From positions 248,001 through 312,000 of the forward strand of contig JABLTG010000001.1 in NCBI GenBank assembly GCA_016618085.1: a stretch of 64,000 nucleotides of DNA, in the 5' to 3' direction. This DNA comes from Neovahlkampfia damariscottae. Its lineage: Eukaryota. The position numbers and the translations under genes are program-made. The notes below the pieces were generated by a model. That model saw only the letters and a program-made list of their open reading frames with translations, did no database searches and was not told where the DNA came from. Below are positions 53,143 through 61,763 of this stretch, one piece after another (position 1 is the first letter of the stretch; every line of letters starts with the position of its first letter).

Positions 53143-54517
53143 ATGAAGCTGAGAAACATCAAAATCAAGTTTCGAATCCTCTGTGATGAAAACTCCAATT
53201 TTGTCGAAAAGTTTAACACACACCAGACTTTATTAGAAGTTTTTCAATGTATACAAACAAATGTTGAGTTGATTAAAAATGTAGAACTAATTTCATTTGC
53301 TAAAGAGGAAAGTTCATCCTATTTTTATTCTTTGGAAGATTCTTCTTTAAAGATTGAGGATTTGTCCAATATTTCATTTACTGTTTTGGTTAAAATATCT
53401 ACCAAAGTTTTAATACCACCACCAAAATATTATTGTTCAATTTCAAGAAAGATTATATTTGAAGGAGTAAAAATTCAACCTTGTGGACATACTTTTGAAA
53501 AATATAGTTGTGAAGGTAAGTGGACTTGTATGACTACTGAAAATAGGTTGGATTGATTGTTTAAAAGAGAATAAAAAACAATTTCAATGTCCAGAATGTA
53601 ATGAATTTATTAAAAGTATTGAAGATTTTAATGAAAAAGATAAAGAAGAACTTTTAACATTTATAAAAGATGACTTAGAAGAAATACAATCAAAAGAATA
53701 TTTAGATGAATTAAAAAAAATAAAATTAGAAAAAATGAAAATACATAAATTAAAATTAAAATGTCAAAAATCATCTTTTGAAATGAAGAAATATTCAAAA
53801 GAAGAAATGTTTTCAAAATTTATTAATTTACCAATTATTTGGTTTTTTGAAAATGAAGAAGGATTCTTTCCATTCAATTTAAATTTTATAATTAATTTAA
53901 ATGAATATATTAAAAATAAACCTAAAATATTAATTATTAATGAAATGAATGATATATTTTATGATATTGAAAATATGAAGAAAATATCAAATAAAAATAA
54001 AAAAATAGAAAAGATTTATAAATTTAAAATAGAAAAGATATTATATTTTGATTGTATTTTAGATAATTCATCTTCAACTTATGATTTATTTACCTCTTCT
54101 TGTATTCAAGCATCAAAAAATTTAAATTCAAAAAATATATTAAATTTAAATTTATTTAATAATCTTTATCAATTTGATTTATCGAATGATAATTCAATGT
54201 TACAAATAAATTCAAAAACTAAATTTTCAAGAAAAATTATTCTTTCAAATAAGATTACAAGAAATATGATTGATAATTTAGATGATATTTTTGAATCAAA
54301 ATCATTTCATTTTTGGCAAATACAATTAGATAAAGGATGGAAAAACTTTGATCCAAAAATTAGTATATTAATAGAAAATGAATTTTTAAAAAAGAAACCT
54401 TTCATCAAACTTGTTATTTATGGAAAAGAATATAAAATATTTTTTGATTCAATGGTTCAAGTTAATTTACAAACAAATTTTAAAAGAAATGTAAAAAGAA
54501 TTTATAAAAGTAAATAA
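53143..54517 (+). CDS. U-box/RING + WWE domain protein (putative E3 ligase)
   Basis: PPKYYCSISRKII..PCGHTFEK...CPEC, followed by WWE-like units (WQIQLDKGWKNFD...IEN.F...YKIFFDSMVQVNLQTNFKRNVKR); intron at ~53516-53546. Confidence 0.75.
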
Positions 54518-54584
54518 GACATCTCTTAATAAAAAATAAACGTTCAAATAATACTGATATCTTATTGGATAGTTTTTAAACAAG

Positions 54585-55068
54585 ATGTTTGAACAACTTG
54601 AAGAAATTGGTAAAGATGGTGTTCGTTATTCTATTATTGGAATATTATTGTGTTTATTTTGTCCACCACTTATTCCATTCTATATTATTTCATCAGGAAG
54701 ACATATGTTAAAAGGAGAGTAATTAAATACATTATATTAAATAAAGATATTATGACTATGGTATTCAATAGTATAATAATTTAATAAATTTGAAAGGTGC
54801 TAAACCATTTTGTGCATCAGGAACTATAACATTAATTGTATTAACATTATTTTTATGGATACCAGGTGTCATTGTTTCATTTGGTTTTTTAATATTTAAT
54901 GAAATTGTATATCGTGAAGATAGTAAGGCTTATATACCTTTTAATTATATAGTTGGTCATTCTGTTTTTGGATATGATGAAGTTATACCTATTGAAAATA
55001 CAAATGATAATGATATTGAATTAAATACAAAAGAAGATGTAATAAAACAAAAAGAAATTGATTTTTAA
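54585..55068 (+). CDS. Small membrane protein, Pmp3/YqaE-like
   Basis: LLCLFCPPL...LTLFLWIPGVIVS; short introns at ~54719-54796. Confidence 0.55.
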
Positions 55069-56171
55069 TCATTTTTATTTAATTTTTTAATTTCATTTTT
55101 TAAATTGAATTCATTATTCTTTCCAAGTAAAATTAATTGATTTAAATCATTTTCATTTATTACACCTCCATTATTTTTAAAAATTTGAAAATATGTTGAA
55201 CTATTTTCAAAATCATTTAACATCAAATATGATTTTGCTTTGTAATATAAAGGTATTAAATTTTGATTTTCTTCATCATTTTCTTTATTTAATAATTCAT
55301 TTGATATTTCTATAACTTTATTGAACTTGTTTAATTCAAAATTAAATTTTAATAAATATTTAAAATAAATTAAATTATTTGAATCTAATTGAATTGCTTG
55401 ATTTAAAATTTGAATTGATTGATTTAAATTTTTAATTTTATAATAAATTAAAGATAAATAAAAATAATATTTTGATTTATTTGAATTTAATTCAATAGCA
55501 TCTTCAAATGATTTAATTGATTCATCCAATAAATTTAATTTATCTAAAATTAAACCTTTTTTAAATCTAAATTCATCATTTGAAGAATTTAGAGAAATTG
55601 AAATATCAATTGAATTTAAACTTTCTTCAAAATTTTTTAATTTAAAATATAAATTTGATTTATAAAAATAATAAATACCATTATTAGAATCATATAAACT
55701 TGCTAAATTAAATTGTTTTATTGCTTCTTCATTTTTATTTAATTCAGAATATATGTATCCTTTTAATGCATAAGATTCAGAATTCTTTTCATTTATATCT
55801 AATGATTCATCAATTAATTTTATTGATTTATCAAATTCTTTTAAATGAAAATAACAAGTTGCTAAATATAAATATAAATTTGGATTCTTTAAAATGGATA
55901 TTTCTAATGCTTTTTCAAATTCTTTAATCGCATTATCAAATAAATTTAATGATTTAAATGCAATTCCAGAATTAAAATGTAACTCATAATTAGAATTTCC
56001 TTTTTTAATTGATTTTAAATATTCATTTAATGCTTTTTTATAATCTTTCTTTTCCAAAAATTCGTTTCCTTTTTCAAAATCTTCATCTCTTTTAAAATAT
56101 TGTTTTATTGAAGAAAATATACTTATTCTCCTTTTCAATAAAACATTATATTTTGTAATATTCTTCATCAT
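55065..56171 (-). CDS. TPR repeat protein, possible mitochondrial presequence
   Basis: Tandem TPR motifs; basic N-terminus lacking acidic residues. Confidence 0.8.
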   Translation of the reverse strand: MMKNITKYNVLLKRRISIFSSIKQYFKRDEDFEKGNEFLEKKDYKKALNEYLKSIKKGNSNYELHFNSGIAFKSLNLFDNAIKEFEKALEISILKNPNLYLYLATCYFHLKEFDKSIKLIDESLDINEKNSESYALKGYIYSELNKNEEAIKQFNLASLYDSNNGIYYFYKSNLYFKLKNFEESLNSIDISISLNSSNDEFRFKKGLILDKLNLLDESIKSFEDAIELNSNKSKYYFYLSLIYYKIKNLNQSIQILNQAIQLDSNNLIYFKYLLKFNFELNKFNKVIEISNELLNKENDEENQNLIPLYYKAKSYLMLNDFENSSTYFQIFKNNGGVINENDLNQLILLGKNNEFNLKNEIKKLNKND

Positions 56172-56249
56172 CACTTTACAAAAAAAATATAAATGTCAAT
56201 GATTGGACCAATGTTCAACCAATAAAAATAAATTTGAATTGTAACATAA
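56172..56249. promoter_or_regulatory. Bidirectional promoter with clustered CCAAT/ATTGG boxes
   Basis: GATTGGACCAAT at ~56201-56212 and CCAAT at ~56219, between the divergent TPR and F-box-cullin genes. Confidence 0.6.
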
Positions 56250-57504
56250 ATGAACCAATTACCAAATTTAAAAATATTTGAATACTTAGATTCATATTCT
56301 TTGACAAAATGTTTTTTTGTTTGTAAATTATGGTTTGAGAAATTAGAATTGGACCAAATTATTTCACAACATTTGTGGAAAAAACAATGTGAAAGTTTAA
56401 ATATTAAAGGAAACAATGAAGAAGATTTGAATTATAAGATATTATATTTTGAATATAAAATTATGAAAGATATGAAAGAATCTGAAGATTATTTTAAAAA
56501 TGAATTTGAAAAGAATATTGAAGAAACTTCTTTAGTATTTCAAATTTTAAGCTATTTATTTCATTTAGAAACCCTTTTATTGAAATCATTTCCTTATGTT
56601 CAATCTACAACAAAAATACAAAATTATTCAAAATTAATTAAAATTGTAAGAAGAAAATAATATTGTAAATATTTCAATCAGAATTCAAAAAAATTGATAA
56701 AGATAAAATTAAAAAGAGATAATCAAGCATTTTATCCATTCTTATTTTACTTTTTTAAATTAAGTTTAGAAGAAAAGAATCATCCAATTTTAAAACTATT
56801 TTACAAAGAGTATCTTTTTGAATTAAAATGTCTCGATAATTTAAATTTTTATATTAGAAAACATTTTTCATCTATTATTCAATATAATCAAAAAGAAGAA
56901 AATGAAAAATTTATCATTTTTATTTCAGCCATATTTCCAGAAAGTGGAAATATCTTAAAATTGATGTTAAATGAATTCTATGCGATGTCATCTGAAAATG
57001 AAAATTTGACTCTAAAATTAGACAAATTTAATTTAAATGTAAAGCTACTATCAAAAAGTATTTGGCCAATGTCCACAAGTTACTGTTATTTTAATGATAA
57101 TTACTTATTGAATTCGATGAAACAATTCCAAAATCAGTTTGAGAATAAGTTTAATGGAAAATCTTTGAGTTTTCAATATAATTTTGTAAAAAAAATAAAT
57201 TCTGAAAATCTTTTTTTAGGGAACCTCAGTATTGAAACTTCATGGATTTGGAAAAAGATATGAAATATATTGCTCAACCTTTCAAATGTCCATTTTGTTA
57301 TTGTTCAACGAGAATGACAAATTTACAACAAAAGAAATTAAAGAATTGACAAACATCAAAGACGATTTTGAATTAAAAAAACAAATTTCACCTTTGTTAG
57401 AATCACAGTTGCTCCTCAGCAACTCTGTCGGAGGTTCCACAACAATTGCAGTGAACAGTGACTTCGTTAGCTCCGAATTGAAAATTTCGGTTTTTCCTCA
57501 ATAA
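56250..57504 (+). CDS. F-box + truncated cullin-homology domain fusion protein
   Basis: N-terminal LP.LKIFEYLD...VCKLW (F-box); LNVKLLSKSIWP...F..KFNGKSLSFQYNF|GTSVL...YEIYCSTFQMSILLLFN...I.ELT...VNSDF (cullin CH). Introns 56646-56681 and ~57186-57219 restore one frame. Confidence 0.8.
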
Positions 57505-57749
57505 CTTATACAGTAAACTTTAATTTTAACTTGGGTTTTTTAACTTATTTACATACATATCCTTTTGAACCCTGAAAATTTGAACTTCAAAATCTTGATG
57601 AAAAAGAATCAAAAAGAAATCAGGTTAAAAATGAATTTTTAACTTCAATTGGTTCTTCAACTCTTTTATTTTTCTTCTTTCATCTGATTTTTGTGCTTTG
57701 CACACTTTTTTTGATTGGTTAAATAAACAAATTTATTAAAAAGGAAAGA

Positions 57750-58690
57750 AAAAGGAGATTACCTCCACAATTCCTCCACCTCCATGGAGGTAAGATGTTC
57801 ACCTCCAATTGAATCTTGATGATATCAAACTAAAATAATGCCAATTGTATTTCAAAAAACAATACAGAAAAATATCCAACTGAAGGAAATATTCAAATAT
57901 GAATGTTTCCTTCAGAAGTGACAAAGTTCACAACCAAGTAAATTCCACCAACATGAAAACAAGACACCCATAATCCAAATACTATTCGGTTTATGATCTG
58001 TTTTGGTGTGTATTTTACCCGAATCAGGAAAACTCCATTTTGATTGAACAATAGTTTCATCTTTTCATAAACACCTTTATTGATCATGTGCAGTTTGAAA
58101 ACTGCTTTGGATATAAAGTTTCGGAGGACAGATGACGAATCAAGATGATTGGGTAAATTAACAAGTTACCACTAACTCGAAACCGAGCCCGACCCTTAGT
58201 TTGCATCTTGATGATGATTCTATAAAAAACAATAAGGATTGACTGTTTCATATTTCAGAAGTGACAAAATTGACAAACAAGAAGAAATAAAGTTCTCATG
58301 ATGGTTGGAAAGTAAATGAAAAGTTTTCGGGAAAGTGATATTTTCACTGTATGGACAAAGTGACTGATGATGGTGGATGAAGTTATGGTGGTGGTTATGG
58401 AGGTGCTGCAGATATTCCAAAGACTCCAAAAAATTTTGGATAAATCGAAGAAATATGCCTGTTCATACAGAAGGTCTCCTTATAATCAAGAAGGAAATAT
58501 GTCTTCTTAAAAGGAGGTATGAATTTAGAACAGACGAAATCTGATTGACCAACAAATCGGAAATTCACCACAATAATATAAAGATAGAACGATGATGAAC
58601 CAAGAGAATATGAAACGACCAACTTAGAAGTGGTTCTATTCAGTTTTGGTGAAAAATAAATGGAGAAAAAATTGATGGAGAAAAAATTTA
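57750..58690 (+). ncRNA. Candidate long structured non-coding RNA (identity unknown)
   Basis: No credible ORF; ATTGG box at ~57714; at least 12 local and long-range helices with G-U pairs favouring the + strand; AATAAA at 58655-58660. Boundaries are approximate. Confidence 0.55.
58660..58688. repeat. Direct repeat ATGGAGAAAAAATT x2
   Basis: Copies at 58660-58673 and 58675-58688. Confidence 0.8.
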
Positions 58691-58694
58691 TGAA

Positions 58695-59366
58695 TTAGAC
58701 TTGTCTTTTCACTTCAAAAAATCTTCTCAAATAAAAAACTTGCCAAACAGACATCCCAACTAAAATGATAACTTCAAAGATGCTCCAGTACAATATTCTT
58801 TCACAAGTTTCTTCTGTTACTGCAAAATTGTTAGAATGTTCAAAAAAATCTTACTGTCACGATGAGTCATTTCTCTTAATCTGAGATACTTTTGTTCATT
58901 TTGAATGTTTGATAATCCTTCTGATAATCTCATGATGCTTTTTTCAATTGGGTCAATGTGCTCCAAGTTTGCTAAATTAGGATCCAATACATCACCAACA
59001 TGAATATTGAATGAAATAGTTTTTGGTGTGAGTGTGCTCATTAGGTTTGAAAAACAAAATTTGCTTTAAATCTTTTTTAGAAAAAAAGAATGAAACTCAC
59101 TAATCACCAGTTTTTTCAGCATTAAAATTAATTTTTCCTTCACTTTCTCTTTCGCTCTTATGAATTATGTTACTTTGTGGATCAAAAATTGTGACATCAA
59201 TGTCCAAAAAACCTCCAGATGCGACTTGATATTGAAGCAAAACTTTTGCATGCTCTTTTTCAACTTTTTCAAAGAAACAATCTTCTCTACTTGGTTCAAC
59301 ACGAACAGTTAAAGATAAACAAGTTGAAATTAAAACGAGAAATATGACACAACAATAGAGCTTCAT
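58695..59366 (-). CDS. p24/emp24 GOLD-domain cargo receptor (TMED2-like)
   Basis: EDCFFE, YQVASGGFLDIDV, YKFCFSNLMSTLTPK, EQKYLRLRE..HR, TM and YLRRFFEVKRQV tail; two introns. Confidence 0.92.
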
Positions 59367-59448
59367 GTTCAATTCAAAATAAAAAATAATCTAATTGGAT
59401 AAATTGAATGACCAATAAAAAAAGAAGAGAAAATTTTTTATTTTTTTT

Positions 59449-61195
59449 TTAATCTTTTAAATTTTTATTTTTTAAAAGATAGTAAGGTTTATAAACATTT
59501 TTTTGATGCCAAAATGGATTGTAAAATGCTCTTGAATATGAAGGTGATGATTCAGCATCCAAAAACTTCATTGATAAAACCTTTTCAAAATTTTCATCTT
59601 CATAATATCTTATTTTATCTCTATTTAACTCTAAATCAATTAAATAATCACATTGATTAATTGTTGAATATCTTGATTCTACTGGTTCATTTTGATCATT
59701 CATTTCTGTTGGAATAATTGAAGTACCATTTTCTTTTTCAAAATATTTTGGTAATAAACCATTAAATTCAGATTTTAAATATAACAATTTAAAATTATCA
59801 TGTAAAAAGAATGAAGAAGGGAAACGGTACCACTCTTTACCTACACAAATAGTTTGATTCATTGTTTTTGGTTTATTTTTCATATAAAAATAAAAATTTG
59901 AATAAACTCCAATCTATTAAAAAGTTATTAGTAATATCTATTTTACAGGTGCATTATAATTTATCATTACAACAGATGTTCTTGAAATTGAAAATAAAAT
60001 AAAGATTGAAAAAATGAAAATAATTAATAATTTTGATTTCTTCCACCAAATAGTACAAAATATACCTGCACTTAAACATAAAATTGGATAAATTACAAAT
60101 AAAAATCTAAAAAATATTAAAATATATATATTTTAGATTTTCTACCTTTCTTCTTTATGTTTTATAAATGAAAAGAAAAAGAACCAAATATGAAATGGGA
60201 TTCTAGAATAATGTTAATATCAAATTATATAAAATACATATAAATTATATTTTTCATATTAAATTTTGAAGAAGATAATATACCTGTTGGTGATATTAAT
60301 GATATCCAAAACATAATATTAAAATTTAAAGTTAAATTTTTAAAATAAAAACTAAATGGTTCTGTACCATATTTCTCTGATCCACTACCTTTATTATACA
60401 TTAATAAATTTATTGGTGTAAAGAATATTCTTTTATAATAAAAACTATCAATCCAACTTGTTAAACTTAATAATCCAATAGAAACAATACTAGCTATATT
60501 TAAAGATGGTATAAATCCATATTTTAATATAGTATCTATTGCAATAGGTAATATAGCAATAATACAAAATGGCCATCCAATGATTGCACATATTCCAGAT
60601 GTTAATATTATTAATGGATATTTATATTTAATATTATCAGATAACCAAATACCCATAGTGATCATTAAAATATACATCACAAAAGTACTTGGTAAAAATG
60701 AAGCAGATGAAAAAAACATTCCACTTGAAAATAATAATGATATCCATGTAAATATAGTTGTCTTTAAAAATAATTAAATATTATTTTTTTTGGACTTTAC
60801 ATTCTTTCCAAATTTAGAGTAAACACCATACAAAAAAAATGTTTCACAAATTGAACAAAATAAACCCATGGTCATTCGAATCAAAAAGAATACACCTATT
60901 TTTTCAATTCCATTTAAACTTGCTATTTTTCCAACTCCAAAATAAGGTAAAAGAAATAAATAACTTCTTAAAGCATATTCTTTTTTTTTTAAAAATTAAA
61001 TTTATAAATACCTGGAGAATATTCCCATGTTTGAAATCCTTTTTGATATAACAAATAATGTATTGGCTCCCAATAATTGAAAACTTCATCACAATCTGAT
61101 ATTGGTATTATTATTGATGATAATATTCTCACAAATACTAATGAAAAAAAGATAAACATTCCAATATTATTTGAAAACTTTTCCTCTACCAACAT
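59449..61195 (-). CDS. ALG9: Alpha-1,2-mannosyltransferase ALG9
   Basis: ISDCDEVFNYWEP.HYL..GFQTWEYSP, SFLPSTF.M, GWPF, YGTEPFSFY, CVGKEWYRFPSSFFL, SEFNGLLP; multiple introns. Confidence 0.93.
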
Positions 61196-61263
61196 TTTCT
61201 TTTGCTTGTTTGTGAAACAAATGAAGATGATTGGATGAAAAAAAAAAAAAAAAAAAGATTTAT

Positions 61264-61704
61264 TTAATAATCATCATCATCAACTTCTTCTTCTTCTTCT
61301 TCTTCTTCATTCTCGTCATTATAAGCTTCATCATCTTCTGGGTTGAAATCATCTTCTTCAACTTTTTTTTTCTTTCTTTTTTTCTTCTTTCTGAGTTCAG
61401 ATTCTGCTTTACATGCATCACATACATATTTTTCAATCTTTTCGATGTCTTCACTTGTAGCATTTTCTAAACCTTCAACACAAATACAGTGTTGCCAAAA
61501 AGTACATTTTTCGCATTGAATCATGAGTCCGTCTTCAGCATCTATTCCACAATGACAAACAACAACGTCTTGATCACCAAATTCATCATAAACAATGTTT
61601 TCTTCTTCTTGGGATTTATCTTCTTCAATTTTTCTTTTTTTTGTTTCTGATTCTTCTGTTGTGATACTATCTTCAAGTTTTCTTTTCTCTTGTTCTTCAG
61701 ACAT
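61264..61704 (-). CDS. Small PHD-finger protein with acidic tail
   Basis: CHCG....GLMIQCEKCTFWQH.ICV......YVCDAC (C4HC3). Confidence 0.85.
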   Translation of the reverse strand: MSEEQEKRKLEDSITTEESETKKRKIEEDKSQEEENIVYDEFGDQDVVVCHCGIDAEDGLMIQCEKCTFWQHCICVEGLENATSEDIEKIEKYVCDACKAESELRKKKKRKKKKVEEDDFNPEDDEAYNDENEEEEEEEEVDDDDY

Positions 61705-61763
61705 TTTTTTAACAAACAAAAATGAATTTGATTGGATAACGGATTTTTTTTTTAAAAATTTTT

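Noticed and set aside
57566..57577. TGAACCCTGAA as a telomerase template for TTCAGGG
   Set aside because: It lies upstream of the CCAAT box at ~57714 and outside the main structured block, with no supporting context.
58325..58570. RNase P/MRP or SRP RNA identity for the structured region (GGGAAAGT, GAAGGTCTCC)
   Set aside because: I could not find a matching CR-V/P4 partner strand or an SRP helix-8 motif by eye; left unassigned pending an Infernal search.
57893..58622. Three short minus-strand ORFs read as one spliced protein gene
   Set aside because: No upstream promoter space (p24 ends at 58695), no ATG-led coherent spliced frame found and no recognisable motifs; G-U pairing favours a + strand RNA.
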